Source of the DNA: Caulobacteraceae bacterium
GTDB lineage: Bacteria; Pseudomonadota; Alphaproteobacteria; Caulobacterales; Caulobacteraceae
Assembly (NCBI GenBank): GCA_025450315.1
Contig: JANWHQ010000159.1
Span: forward strand, 8,429 to 72,428
Reading direction: 5' to 3'
Length of the DNA stretch: 64,000 bases
In this document: positions 38,377 through 48,045 of the stretch, piece by piece
Layout of the letters: each line of letters begins with the position of its first letter
How positions within the stretch are numbered: position 1 is the stretch's first letter
Position numbers and translations under genes: made by a program
The notes under the pieces: generated by a model
Told to the model about the DNA's origin: nothing
The model's database searches: none
Seen by the model: only the letters and a program-made list of their open reading frames with translations

Positions 38377-39494
38377 GCGCCTTCGCCTTCGCCATCCACG
38401 CCCGCGACGGGGCGGCGCGCACCGGCGTCCTGGCCACGCCGCGCGGCGATATCCGCACGCCGGCCTTCATGCCGGTGGCCACCGCCGGCACGGTGAAGGC
38501 CCTGACCACCGACCAGGTGCGCCAGTCCGGCGCCGACATCCTGCTGGGCAACACCTATCACCTGATGCTTCGTCCCGGGGCCGAGCGGGTGAAGCGGCTG
38601 GGCGGGCTGCACCGGCTGATGCGCTGGGACGGGCCGATCCTCACCGATTCCGGCGGCTTCCAGGTCATGTCCCTGGCCAAGATCTCCAAGGTCCGCGAGG
38701 ACGGCGTCACCTTCCAGAGCCACCTCGACGGCTCGCGCCACGAGCTCAGCCCCGAGCGCTCGATCGAGATCCAGGCCGACCTGCTGGGGTCGGACATCGT
38801 CATGCAGCTGGACGAATGCGTCGCCTGGCCGGCCGAGGAGCCCCGGGCGCGCCAGGCGATGGAGCTGTCGATCCGCTGGGCCAAACGCTGCAAGGCCGCC
38901 TTCGGCGCGCGCGAGAGCCAGGCGCTGTTCGGCATCCAGCAGGGCTCGACCTTCCGGCGCCTGCGGCAGGAGTCGGCCGAGCGGCTGATCGAGCTTGGAT
39001 TCGACGGCTACGCCATCGGCGGTCTCGCGGTCGGCGAGGGGCACGCGGGGATGACCGAGGTGCTCGACTACGCCCCCGCCATGCTGCCCGAGGACCGGCC
39101 GCGCTACCTGATGGGCGTCGGCAAGCCGATCGACCTGGTCGAGGCGGTGGCGCGGGGCATCGACATGTTCGACTGCGTCCTGCCCACCCGTTCGGGCCGG
39201 CACGGCCAGGCCTGGACCGCCGAAGGCCCGATCAACCTGAAGAACGCCGTCTTCGCCGAGGACCAGGCGCCGCTGGACGCCGGCATCGACTGCCCCGCCA
39301 GCCGGGATTACGCCAAGGCCTATCTGCATCACCTGGTGAAGTCGGACGAGATCCTGGGCCAGGTGCTGCTCTCCTGGCACAACCTGGCCTTCTACCAGGC
39401 CCTGATGGGGCGCATGCGCGCCGCCGTCGCCGAGGGCCGCTTCGAGGCTTTCCGGCGGGCGTTCGCCGCGGCCCAGCGCCGCCAGGACGGCTGA
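38373..39494 (+). CDS. tgt: tRNA-guanine transglycosylase
   Basis: The GTG at 38373 overlaps the queA stop (GTGA). Motifs are [17 protein letters not shown] and GLAVGE. A TTG at 38352 is an alternative start. Confidence 0.93.
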   Translation: MSAFAFAIHARDGAARTGVLATPRGDIRTPAFMPVATAGTVKALTTDQVRQSGADILLGNTYHLMLRPGAERVKRLGGLHRLMRWDGPILTDSGGFQVMSLAKISKVREDGVTFQSHLDGSRHELSPERSIEIQADLLGSDIVMQLDECVAWPAEEPRARQAMELSIRWAKRCKAAFGARESQALFGIQQGSTFRRLRQESAERLIELGFDGYAIGGLAVGEGHAGMTEVLDYAPAMLPEDRPRYLMGVGKPIDLVEAVARGIDMFDCVLPTRSGRHGQAWTAEGPINLKNAVFAEDQAPLDAGIDCPASRDYAKAYLHHLVKSDEILGQVLLSWHNLAFYQALMGRMRAAVAEGRFEAFRRAFAAAQRRQDG

Positions 39495-39548
39495 CCTGCG
39501 CAGCGGCCTTGCCCCGCCCGCGGGCTTGCGCCTATGCACACCCCCGAT

Positions 39549-39623
39549 GGGCCGGTAGCTCAGCGGTAGAGCACCCGACTTTTAATCGAGTGGTCGTGGG
39601 TTCGATCCCCACCCGGCCTACCA
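39549..39623 (+). tRNA. tRNA-Lys (anticodon TTT)
   Basis: Cloverleaf with acceptor GGGCCGG/CCGGCCT (one G:U), anticodon loop CTTTTAA (one stem mismatch), T arm GTGGG-TTCGATC-CCCAC and encoded CCA. Confidence 0.85.
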
Positions 39624-39718
39624 TCGCCTGATCCGTGATGGCCCGATTGGCCTTCGCCGGCGCCATGGACAGCCGCGCCGAGATTGGCCGATCATCCGGC
39701 GAACGAGAGGGAGAGCCG

Positions 39719-41179
39719 ATGGCTGATTTCTCCGGCCAGGCGGGGATGCGCGGCTATTTCGCGCCGTCGCGGTTCGAGGCCGACGTCTACGACTGCGAAA
39801 CGACCGGCGAGATCCCCAAGGACCTCGACGGCGCCTTCTACCGGCTGCATCCGGACTGGCTCTATCCGCCCAATCCGCCCGACGACATTCCCCTGGCCTC
39901 GGACGGCTACATGTCGATGTTCCGTTTCCGGGGCGGCGTGGTGGACTACAAGGGGCGCTACGTCCGCACCGAGCGGTTCGAGCGGCAGATGTCGGCGCGC
40001 CGCCAGCTCTACGGCTACTACCGCAACCCGTTCACCGACGATCCGGGCGTGCGCGATCCGGAGCACCCGCAACGGCGCACCACCGCCAACACCACCCCGG
40101 TCGCCCACGCCGGCGTGCTCTACGCCACCAAGGAAGACGGACTGCCGCACCGGATCGATCCGAACACGCTGGAGACGATCGGGCCCACGGATTTCGGCGG
40201 CGCCTGGAAGAGCCAGGCCTTCACCGCCCATCCCAAGATCGACCCGGTCACCGGCGAGATGGCGGCCTTCGGCTACGAGGCCTCCGGCCTGTGCTCGAAG
40301 GACGTGTTCCTGGCCATCTTCGATAGGACCGGCGCCGTCACCCGCGAGTGGCGCTTCGAGGTCCCCTACACAAGCATGCTGCACGACATGGCCTTGACCC
40401 GCGAGCACGTGATCATCCCGGGCGGCGGCTGCGTGACCAGCCTGGAGCGGCTGCACGAGGGCAAGACCCACTGGGCCTGGGATTCCTCCAAGCCGTCCTA
40501 CTACGGGGTCATCCCCCGCGACGGCGAGGCCAAGGACATCCGCTGGTTCCTGGGGCCCGAGCGCGCGGTGGTCCACACGGCCAACGCCCGCACCGAAGGC
40601 TCCAAGGTCATCCTGGAAGCGCCCGCGGCCGACGCGAACCCATGGCCTTGGTTCGAAGACCTCGCCGGCGGTCAGTTCACCGCGCCCCGCAACACCCTCA
40701 GGCGGATCACCTTCGACCTGGACTCCAAGGATGACCGCTGCACGGAGGAGGTGCTGTTCGAGCAGCCGGTGACCAGCTTCACGCGGGTCGACGACCGGCG
40801 TCTGGGTCTGCCGTACCGCTACATCTACGTCCAGTATTTCGATCTGGACCGTCCCTCGCGGGCCGGCTCGCATCCGCAGCTGCGCTACGGGGCCAACAGC
40901 TTCGGAAGGTTCGACATCCTGACCGGCGAGCTGAAGTCCTGCTTCGGCGGCGAGACCCACATGCTGCAGGAGCCGAGCTTCGTCCCCCGGCCGGGCTCGA
41001 GCGAGGAAGGCGACGGCTGGCTGATCGGCACGGCGCACAATCCCGCCGAGATGCGCGCGGAGCTGATGATCGTGGACGCGCCGACCATGCAGGAGGTCGC
41101 CCGGGTGATCCTGCCGTTCCGCAACGCGACCCAGGTGCACGGCGCCTGGTTCGGGGCGGGCGAGCTGCCGCTGGCCTGA
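39719..41179 (+). CDS. carotenoid oxygenase family dioxygenase (apocarotenoid/lignostilbene-type)
   Basis: ATG at 39719 behind GAGAGGGAGAG (486 aa). The four conserved His contexts are present: FTAHPKIDP, MLHDMALT, VVHTANA and VHGAWF. Confidence 0.88.
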   Translation: MADFSGQAGMRGYFAPSRFEADVYDCETTGEIPKDLDGAFYRLHPDWLYPPNPPDDIPLASDGYMSMFRFRGGVVDYKGRYVRTERFERQMSARRQLYGYYRNPFTDDPGVRDPEHPQRRTTANTTPVAHAGVLYATKEDGLPHRIDPNTLETIGPTDFGGAWKSQAFTAHPKIDPVTGEMAAFGYEASGLCSKDVFLAIFDRTGAVTREWRFEVPYTSMLHDMALTREHVIIPGGGCVTSLERLHEGKTHWAWDSSKPSYYGVIPRDGEAKDIRWFLGPERAVVHTANARTEGSKVILEAPAADANPWPWFEDLAGGQFTAPRNTLRRITFDLDSKDDRCTEEVLFEQPVTSFTRVDDRRLGLPYRYIYVQYFDLDRPSRAGSHPQLRYGANSFGRFDILTGELKSCFGGETHMLQEPSFVPRPGSSEEGDGWLIGTAHNPAEMRAELMIVDAPTMQEVARVILPFRNATQVHGAWFGAGELPLA

Positions 41180-41193
41180 AGGAGCCGCACGCC

Positions 41194-41799
41194 ATGACCG
41201 ACGACGACACGCCCCTTTACGCCGCGCCCCTCTGGTCGCCCGGCGCGCCGGGCGCCGCCGACTGGGTGAAGACGCCGGCCCCGGCCGCCCCCAGCCCGTT
41301 CCCGGTCGCCGTGCCCGAGGGCCGGGCGCACGACTACCTCTCGATCCTCAACCTGATGAGCGCCTACATGATCGCCCTCGACGCGGGCGACATCGACACC
41401 TACGCGGACCTGTTCGCGCCGGACGCGGTGATGTGCTGGATCGGCGGCGTCGAGCGCGGGCGCGAGGAGATCCGCCGGAACCTGGCCAGCTTCGGGACCG
41501 GCCGCCAGAAGCTGCCCAGGGACGCCGGCCATCGGCCGCGCTTCATCCATGTCTCCGTCAGCCAGCGGATCGACTTCACCGGGCCCGACACGGCCCACGA
41601 CGTCGGCATGTGGCTGGGGTTCAGCAACCGGACGGCGGACGGCAGCTTCGAAACCAACGAGTTCGGCCACTACGAGGACTGGTACGTGAAGACGGGCGCC
41701 CGCTGGTACTTCCAGGAGCGGCGCATCTTCAACGAGCGGCTGTCCAACAAGGCGCTGTTCTATCCGGAACTCGGCGAGACCGATCCGCGCGAGCTCTGA
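41194..41799 (+). CDS. SnoaL-like / NTF2-superfamily protein
   Basis: 201-aa ORF starting 15 nt after the oxygenase. It has the NTF2-like pattern DYLSILNLMSAYMIALDAGDIDTYADLFAPDAV. Confidence 0.6.
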   Translation: MTDDDTPLYAAPLWSPGAPGAADWVKTPAPAAPSPFPVAVPEGRAHDYLSILNLMSAYMIALDAGDIDTYADLFAPDAVMCWIGGVERGREEIRRNLASFGTGRQKLPRDAGHRPRFIHVSVSQRIDFTGPDTAHDVGMWLGFSNRTADGSFETNEFGHYEDWYVKTGARWYFQERRIFNERLSNKALFYPELGETDPREL

Positions 41800-41813
41800 C
41801 GCTAGGGCGCAGA

Positions 41814-41876
41814 ACGCGCGTAAATACAAAGATCTGGAGCGGCGATCTGATTCCATCAGATCGCAACCTGCTCTAG
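41814..41876 (-). repeat. Copy B (inverted orientation) of the ~64-nt intergenic element
   Basis: Its reverse complement matches 6705..6768. The core palindrome is GCGATCTGAT-TCC-ATCAGATCGC. Its CTAG end supplies the stop codon of the minus-strand gene 41873..42823. Confidence 0.75.
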
Positions 41877-42823
41877 TCGTCCAGCGGCGGATTGGTCGGG
41901 GCGGGCGGCGAGGGCGGCGCCCTGGGCGCGGGCGGGGTTAGGCCGCCGGGTCGCGTCTCCGGCGCCTTGGTCCAGGGCGAGCGCATGTAATAGGGCGTCT
42001 GGATGAACACGGCCTCGACGCCGGTGATCTCGCCACTCCTGATCTTGAACATCTCCAGCAGGCCCCAGCTCTGGGGTTCGCGGAACACCGACGTCTGCGG
42101 CGTCCCGTCGGTCAAGGCGTAGGCGTCCAGCACGCCCTTGTGGTCGATGAAGGCCCGCGCCATCACGATCCCGCGCGCCTCGTCCACCAGGAAGAAGTCG
42201 CGGTCGCGCACCCGCTCGTTGAAGCGATATCGGCCCGAGCGGAAGCCCTTCTCGATGTCGGGGAAGCTCATGCCGTTCTCCGAACGGGTGGCGCCGGGCG
42301 AGAACCGGGCCCCGCCGCGCAGCTCGCCGGTGTTGTTCTCCAGGGTCTCGAAATAGGCGTCGCCCATGGCGATCAGCGCGGCGCGGCTCATGCGCTCTGC
42401 CGGATCGACGGGGCGGGCGAGGTCGGGGTCGTGCTCGAAACCTTCGACCGGTCCGATCGGGGTGGGCGGCGCGGACAAGTAGCGCCGCGTGGACAGGATC
42501 TGCTCCACTTCGGTGATCCGGCCGTCCTCGATCTTGAGGCGGACGGCCAGGAAGCCCGGCACGTCCTTCTGCATGACGCTGGTGTAGATCCCCACCTGGC
42601 CGGTCGCGGGGTCCGAGATGGTCAGCGCCGGCCCCACCTCCCGGGTGACCGTGTCCCAGCTGCCGTCGGGAAGCCGCATCTCGACGTGGTTCTCGGTGAA
42701 GCGCAGGCCGGGCGCGAAGGGCGCGAGCGACGGCTCATGGGCCAGATAGGCGGTGCGATAGGCGGTTCCGAGGGCTTCGAGCGCGGCCTTGGCCGAGGCG
42801 GAGGCGGCAGTGGCTTGGGGCAT
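41873..42823 (-). CDS. hypothetical protein (possibly tandem NTF2-like) with a Pro-rich C-terminal tail
   Basis: 316-aa ORF with good coding character and no signal peptide. The tail is TRPGGLTPPAPRAPPSPPAPTNPPLDD. I assign no confident family. Confidence 0.55.
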   Translation of the reverse strand: MPQATAASASAKAALEALGTAYRTAYLAHEPSLAPFAPGLRFTENHVEMRLPDGSWDTVTREVGPALTISDPATGQVGIYTSVMQKDVPGFLAVRLKIEDGRITEVEQILSTRRYLSAPPTPIGPVEGFEHDPDLARPVDPAERMSRAALIAMGDAYFETLENNTGELRGGARFSPGATRSENGMSFPDIEKGFRSGRYRFNERVRDRDFFLVDEARGIVMARAFIDHKGVLDAYALTDGTPQTSVFREPQSWGLLEMFKIRSGEITGVEAVFIQTPYYMRSPWTKAPETRPGGLTPPAPRAPPSPPAPTNPPLDD

Positions 42824-42869
42824 CGGGTCGGACCTCCGGGCGGCGCGGGCATACGTCGGATCGAGGATC

Positions 42870-43361
42870 CTAGAGCACGCGGTAGAAGTCGATCTCCACC
42901 GCGTCGGGCCAGCGCTTGCCCACGCAGATGAAGGCGTTGTCCGCCAGCCATTGATGCGGGCCGGGCCCCACGTCGAAGCGGGGGGTGGTGCGGAAGTAGT
43001 AGCTGGAGGGATCCACCATCTCCCCGGCGGCGAGGCGCGCCACCACGTCCGGCGGACCTCTTCGCACCCCCGGATTGGTCACGCCCACGATCGAGCCATC
43101 CTCGTGCCGGAGGGTGTAGCGGGCGTAGATCTCGGCCACGCCGTCGGAGAGGCGGATGCTCTGCCAGTCCGCGCCGCCGGGCAGCACGACGCCCTTGAAG
43201 CGCTCCCCCTCGACCGTACCGCCCAGTATGGGGATGATCCGGCGTCGCCGCTCTTCCCAGGTCCCCTGTTCGATGGACGCCCCAAGCTGGGCCTGGATGC
43301 GGAACTCGAACTGGAGGCCGGGCCGCAGTTCTGCATAGCCGTCCCTATCGAGCTTTTTCAT
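42870..43361 (-). CDS. DUF3237 (UPF0311) family protein
   Basis: 163-aa ORF with IPILGGTVEGERFKGVVLPGGADWQ and YYFRTTPRFD motifs. Confidence 0.8.
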   Translation of the reverse strand: MKKLDRDGYAELRPGLQFEFRIQAQLGASIEQGTWEERRRRIIPILGGTVEGERFKGVVLPGGADWQSIRLSDGVAEIYARYTLRHEDGSIVGVTNPGVRRGPPDVVARLAAGEMVDPSSYYFRTTPRFDVGPGPHQWLADNAFICVGKRWPDAVEIDFYRVL

Positions 43362-43554
43362 CAGCGGTCCCTCGATCTGTCATGCGTGGCGCGCCGTATT
43401 TCCCCCGTATTTAGCGGTGGATCGCCGGATCAGCCGAGCCTCCGCAGATTGAATCAATCTCCATCGCCCGCGCGCGGTCCTTTGCTCCAGTCAAACGGTG
43501 CATGTTGGGCGTGCGGGAGGGGCTGGTTAGCGTGGCGCTAAGCCGGGCGATCCG

Positions 43555-44547
43555 CTAGCTCCCAAGCGTTCGCCTCAGCCAGAGATCGAACAGCGGGATC
43601 CATTCCTGGGTCGGCGTGCCCGGGAATCCGGTCCCGAAGGCGTGGCCGCCTTCCTGGAAGAAGTGGGCTTCCACCGGCCGGTGCGTGGCGCGCATGGCGG
43701 CCATCATCATCAGGCTGTTCTCGACAGGGACGGCGGGATCGTCGCAGGCATGGGCCAAAAAGACGGGGGGCGTCGCCGCGGTCACGTGCTGTTCGGGTGA
43801 CCGCGCGGCGACGAGCTGGTCCGAAGGCGAGCGTCCGAGCAGGTGATCGCGCGACCCTTCGTGGGTGTAGGGCCGGGTCATGGTGATCACCGGATAGATC
43901 AGGCCGGCCGCCGCAGGCCGGGCGTCGAGCCGATCGGCGCTGTCGGAGGGCGGGTAGAGGTCCTCGGCGAAGCCAGTGGCGAGCGATGCGGCCAGGTGGC
44001 CGCCCGCGGAGAAGCCCAACACCGAGAGGCGCGCCGGATCGATCCGGTGGCGCGCCGCCGAGGCGCGGATCACCCGCATGGCGCGCTGCGCGTCCTGCAG
44101 CGGCGCGTCAGGGCCGTGGGTCCAGCCCTCGGCGGGCAGCCGGTAGTTCAGCACGAAGACAGTGTAGCCGCGCGGGTTCATGCGCGCGGCGATGTCCACA
44201 CCCTCGTTCGCGACGGACACGAATTCATAGCCTCCGCCGGGAATGACCAACAGCCCCGAGCCGTTCGGCTTCCTCGCAGGGAAGATGTGCAGGGTCGGGT
44301 CGCGGGTATTGCGCAGGAAGACGGGCGGGAAGTCGGCAGGGAGCGGAGCCGGGCGGAATTCGCCGGCGCCGGGTGCGCCCTCTGGCCACAGACGCGCCAC
44401 CCGTGCTTTCGGCCAGGCGGCGGGCATGGCCTTCGCCGGGCGCGGAGGCTCGAGTTGCACGGGCGCAGCGGCGGCCGCCCCGGCCGCTGCGAGCGCTCCC
44501 CCTCCGATCAGTCCGAACAGGGACCTGCGATCGACGCCTGAGTTCAT
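43555..44547 (-). CDS. exported alpha/beta hydrolase (esterase, PGGG-type)
   Basis: Internal ATG at 44547 (330 aa). It has a Tat-like signal (MNSGVDRRSLFGLIGGGALAAAGAAAAA), the oxyanion region VIPGGGY and the nucleophile elbow GFSAGG. Confidence 0.8.
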   Translation of the reverse strand: MNSGVDRRSLFGLIGGGALAAAGAAAAAPVQLEPPRPAKAMPAAWPKARVARLWPEGAPGAGEFRPAPLPADFPPVFLRNTRDPTLHIFPARKPNGSGLLVIPGGGYEFVSVANEGVDIAARMNPRGYTVFVLNYRLPAEGWTHGPDAPLQDAQRAMRVIRASAARHRIDPARLSVLGFSAGGHLAASLATGFAEDLYPPSDSADRLDARPAAAGLIYPVITMTRPYTHEGSRDHLLGRSPSDQLVAARSPEQHVTAATPPVFLAHACDDPAVPVENSLMMMAAMRATHRPVEAHFFQEGGHAFGTGFPGTPTQEWIPLFDLWLRRTLGS

Positions 44548-44571
44548 GACTTTCCCCGGTAGCTTCGGCCT

Positions 44572-44583
44572 GAAAACGATTGC
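44572..44583. promoter_or_regulatory. degenerate LacI-type operator-like site GAAAACGATTGC
   Basis: Lies in the divergent gap between the esterase (ATG 44547) and the SGNH gene (44656). It shares the 14-mer AAACGATTGCATGA with the site at 58410. Confidence 0.4.
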
Positions 44584-44655
44584 ATGATGGCTTTGCCGCG
44601 TCCATAGCCGCGATCGAGTTCCGCATGGGCGTGGGCCCGAGGAAAGGGGAACGAG

Positions 44656-45492
44656 GTGTCTGGGGGGAACACGAGGATCTGGGCGTCGGTCGCGGCCGCC
44701 GCCCTCTGTCTTCTGGCGAAGACTGGGCTGGCGGACGCCTCTGGCGGCCCGACCGCGATCGTCGCCGATCCCTGCTCGGGTCTCGTGGACAAGCCCATGG
44801 ACTCCAGTCTGAGACCGATACTGGCTCCGGGGGCGAAGCTCACGCCGCCCCCGCCCGATCCGGCGCAGGCCAAGGCCATGGCTGAACAGAGGGCCAAGGA
44901 CTGGCCGAACCTCTGCCGTTACCGGGCGGCCAATGCGGCGATGAAGCACGCGCCAAGGGTCGTCTTCATGGGCGACTCGATCACCGAGCTCTGGAAGATC
45001 GCCGATCCGGGGTTCTTCTCGGACGATCGGGTGGATCGGGGCATCAGCGGTCAGACCAGTCCGCAGATGCTGCTCCGCTTCAGAGCAGACGTCGTCGACA
45101 TCAGGCCCCGGACCGTGCACATCCTGGCCGGCACCAACGACATCGCCGGCAACACCGGGCCGACGAGCGAGAAGGCGTTCCAGGACAATATCGAGTCGAT
45201 GGTCGAGCTCGCCAAGGCGCACCACATCCGGGTCGTGCTGGCCTCGATCCTGCCAATGGGCTCGATCGGCTGGCAGCCCCAATACCGGCCGGCCGAAGAA
45301 GTCCGTCGGTTGAACCGGTGGCTGCGCGAATACGCGGCTCGGAGCGGCGAGACCTACCTGGACTACTACAGCCGCCTGGCCACGGCGGATGGGTCGTTCA
45401 GGTCCGATCTTTCCAATGACGGGGTGCACCCGAACCTGGCGGGATACGCGATCATGCGCGAGATGGCCGACAGGGCCCTTGGCTTGAATTAG
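44656..45492 (+). CDS. exported SGNH/GDSL hydrolase
   Basis: 278-aa ORF (GTG start) with a signal peptide. All SGNH blocks are present: FMGDSITE, GISGQT, AGTNDI and DGVHPN. Confidence 0.85.
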   Translation: MSGGNTRIWASVAAAALCLLAKTGLADASGGPTAIVADPCSGLVDKPMDSSLRPILAPGAKLTPPPPDPAQAKAMAEQRAKDWPNLCRYRAANAAMKHAPRVVFMGDSITELWKIADPGFFSDDRVDRGISGQTSPQMLLRFRADVVDIRPRTVHILAGTNDIAGNTGPTSEKAFQDNIESMVELAKAHHIRVVLASILPMGSIGWQPQYRPAEEVRRLNRWLREYAARSGETYLDYYSRLATADGSFRSDLSNDGVHPNLAGYAIMREMADRALGLN

Positions 45493-45507
45493 CCGGGCGC
45501 GTCCCCG

Positions 45508-46770
45508 TCAGGAGATGGCGCCTGCAGCGGCCGCGGGTTCGTCGAGATAATCTTCGTCGTCGCGCTGGGCGAGACGGCCGCGGGTGGGGTTGGCGACAAC
45601 GTTCCAGACGCCAAGGGCGGCAAGCAGCCCGGCGAAGACGCTGGCCAGATAGAGGCTGTATTTCGCATCGCCCAGCGCGTCGCTCAGGGCGGCCATGGCC
45701 AGGGGGGCGAGGACCGCGCTCAGGCACGTGAAGAACAGCAGGAGGCCCGCGATTTCGCCGTGCTTGGGCTTTGCGAAGCTGCTGATGCCCTTGGAGTTGA
45801 TGGTCGGGTAGAGCACCGACATGAAGAGGCCGGATGCCGGGAGGGTCACCGCGGCCACTCCCCGGCCGCCCAGGCACCCGGCCAGGAAGCACAGGAAGAC
45901 CCCGGAGCTGCAGATGACCACCACCTGCGCCCAGGGAAGGCGCGCCAGCAGCCAGGCGCCGACAAATCGCCCGGCGGCGCGCAGCACGAAGAAGATCGAG
46001 ACGACATAAAGGGCGAACCAGGCGACGGGACCGCGGTAGCCCTGCAGGTAGGTGGGCGCCCAGACATAGACGGCCGCCTCCGTGGCTACGTAGAGCATGA
46101 GCGCCAGTGAAAACACCAAGGCGTAAGGATCGCGGAGCAGCGACAAGGTCTCGCTCAGACTCCGGGACCTGACCGCCTCTCGCCGAGCAGATTGCGGAAA
46201 ACGAGTGAAGACCGCGACGGCGATCAGGATCGCGCACAGCCCGCTGGCGATCACATAGAGCCACTTCCAATCGGCCCCCGACACGAGCAGGCGGGCCACG
46301 ATCGCGGGTCCGACGATCGCGCCGACGCCGAAGAAACCCTCCAGCATGTTCATGGTGGCCGAATGCTCGCGGGTGGAGCGGGAGATGTCGCCGATCATCG
46401 CCAGGGCGCCGGCCTTGAAGACGCCGATGCCCACGCCGGAAAGGAACAGAAGGAAGATGAAGACCACGAAGTCGCGGCCGACGGCGAAGAGGGCGCACGA
46501 GGCGGCGAACACCAGGAGTCCCGCGACGATGCTCCTTTTGCGGCCCCACCGGTCGGCGAGGAAGCCGAGGCCGAACGCGGCGATCGCGATGCCCGACATG
46601 GTCGCGTACTGGAACGCGCCGCCCGCCGTCATTCCGAGCGAGTACCGCTTGATGACCTGCGGAATGATCACGCCCACGGAGTCCGTGGTCATTGCGAACA
46701 TCGCGAACATGAAGAAGGCCAGCGCCTTCAGAAGGCCGATGCGGGGTGTTCCGTGGCCGGTCATGTGCAC
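45508..46770 (-). CDS. MFS transporter
   Basis: 420-aa ORF with about 12 TM segments and the MFS loop motif DRWGRKRS. Confidence 0.88.
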   Translation of the reverse strand: MHMTGHGTPRIGLLKALAFFMFAMFAMTTDSVGVIIPQVIKRYSLGMTAGGAFQYATMSGIAIAAFGLGFLADRWGRKRSIVAGLLVFAASCALFAVGRDFVVFIFLLFLSGVGIGVFKAGALAMIGDISRSTREHSATMNMLEGFFGVGAIVGPAIVARLLVSGADWKWLYVIASGLCAILIAVAVFTRFPQSARREAVRSRSLSETLSLLRDPYALVFSLALMLYVATEAAVYVWAPTYLQGYRGPVAWFALYVVSIFFVLRAAGRFVGAWLLARLPWAQVVVICSSGVFLCFLAGCLGGRGVAAVTLPASGLFMSVLYPTINSKGISSFAKPKHGEIAGLLLFFTCLSAVLAPLAMAALSDALGDAKYSLYLASVFAGLLAALGVWNVVANPTRGRLAQRDDEDYLDEPAAAAGAIS

Positions 46771-46863
46771 CGTTGCCGGCGCGCCGCCCGCATTCCTTTG
46801 GTCAAGCCGTCCTCCCGGGCTGTTTGCAGCCGCCGGGAAAGAGTATCCCGATCAGGCCGCTAC

Positions 46864-46875
46864 GCAACCGTTTGC
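46864..46875. promoter_or_regulatory. LacI-type operator-like site GCAACCGTTTGC (10/12 palindromic)
   Basis: Lies in the 122-bp gap upstream of the MFS gene (ATG 46770). Confidence 0.4.
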
Positions 46876-46892
46876 GGAGCGGTAGGCGCGCG

Positions 46893-47957
46893 TCAGACCT
46901 GTGCAGAGCGCAGCATCCGCCCCAGGGCGGCGTCGATGGCCCGGCTGAACCGGCGCGACACCGCCGCTGTCGGCACGAGGAACTGGAACGCGTGATAGGC
47001 GCCCGGAACCACCAGCAACTCGGTTGGGACGCCCGCGTCGAGCAGGCGTTGGGCGTAGGCGATGTCCTCCTGGACGAACAGGTCGAGGCCCCCGACGCCG
47101 ATGAAGGTCGGCGGCAGTCCGGCGAGTGTTGCGGCCCGGGCCGGGACGGCGCCCTTGGGGACCGCGGCGGAGCCGGCGGGCAAGCCGAGAAGCGCCGACC
47201 AGCCGAGCACGTTCAGCTCGGGCGTCCAGATGTAGGCGCCTTGATAGGGCGATGGCCGCCGAACGCTGCCGGTGCGGTCGTCGAGCATGGCGTAGACCAG
47301 CACCTGACCCGCCAGCGTGACCTCGCCCCGATCGCGGGCCGCCAGCGCGAGCGCCGCCGCGTGTCCCCCACCGGCGCTTTCGCCCATGACCGCGATGCGG
47401 CTGCGGTCCACGCCCAACCGTTCGGCGTGGTCGTGCAGCCAGAGGAGGCCCGCGTAATTGTCTTCCAGGGATCCTGGGAACCGGGTTTCGGGCGCGAGGC
47501 GGTAGTCGACGCTGACGATTAGGCAGCCCTGTTCGGCGGCGATCCGTTGCAGGTTCCGCATGTCGCTCTGGGGCGAACCGAGGATGTAGCCGCCGCCGTG
47601 CGTGTGGAGGATGGCCGGCCGGAGCTGGTCCGAAGGTCCCCCGCCGACGAGGAAGAGCCGCACCGGCGGCGCGTCCCCGCGACCCGGAATGAGCTCCTGC
47701 CGCACCGGAGGGGTCGCCAGGGGAGGGGGCGGCGCCTGGGTCGACGCTCGGCGGAAGGCCGGAATGTCCTGTTCCCGCAGCATGGGGATCCTGACCTTGT
47801 CAGGCTGTCGGACGGCGGACCGGAGTTCCGGATCGACGAGGTCCAGCGGGGTCTTTGGCGGCGAGCCGGGCGTGGCGCCCGCGCCGATCGCAGGAACGGC
47901 GGCGCCTAACGCAGTCAGCGCCAGCGTCAGTCCGCGCCGCGTAAGATCATGCGCCAT
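46893..47957 (-). CDS. exported alpha/beta hydrolase fold-3 esterase (HGGG type)
   Basis: Internal ATG at 47957 (354 aa). It has a Tat-like signal (MAHDLTRRGLTLALTALGAAVPA), HTHGGGY and GESAGG. Confidence 0.85.
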   Translation of the reverse strand: MAHDLTRRGLTLALTALGAAVPAIGAGATPGSPPKTPLDLVDPELRSAVRQPDKVRIPMLREQDIPAFRRASTQAPPPPLATPPVRQELIPGRGDAPPVRLFLVGGGPSDQLRPAILHTHGGGYILGSPQSDMRNLQRIAAEQGCLIVSVDYRLAPETRFPGSLEDNYAGLLWLHDHAERLGVDRSRIAVMGESAGGGHAAALALAARDRGEVTLAGQVLVYAMLDDRTGSVRRPSPYQGAYIWTPELNVLGWSALLGLPAGSAAVPKGAVPARAATLAGLPPTFIGVGGLDLFVQEDIAYAQRLLDAGVPTELLVVPGAYHAFQFLVPTAAVSRRFSRAIDAALGRMLRSAQV

Positions 47958-48006
47958 GATTGTCCTCCCGCGCCGGACCGCGTTCACGGCCGAGCCAGAA
48001 GCGTGC

Positions 48007-48018
48007 GCAAACGTTTGC
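48007..48018. promoter_or_regulatory. LacI-type operator, perfect palindrome GCAAACGTTTGC
   Basis: 12-bp perfect palindrome with a central CG. It sits 50 bp upstream of the esterase ATG (47957) and 28 bp after the LacI gene stop. Confidence 0.6.
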
Positions 48019-48045
48019 AAACGTCAAGGCGCAATGGCGCCGGAC

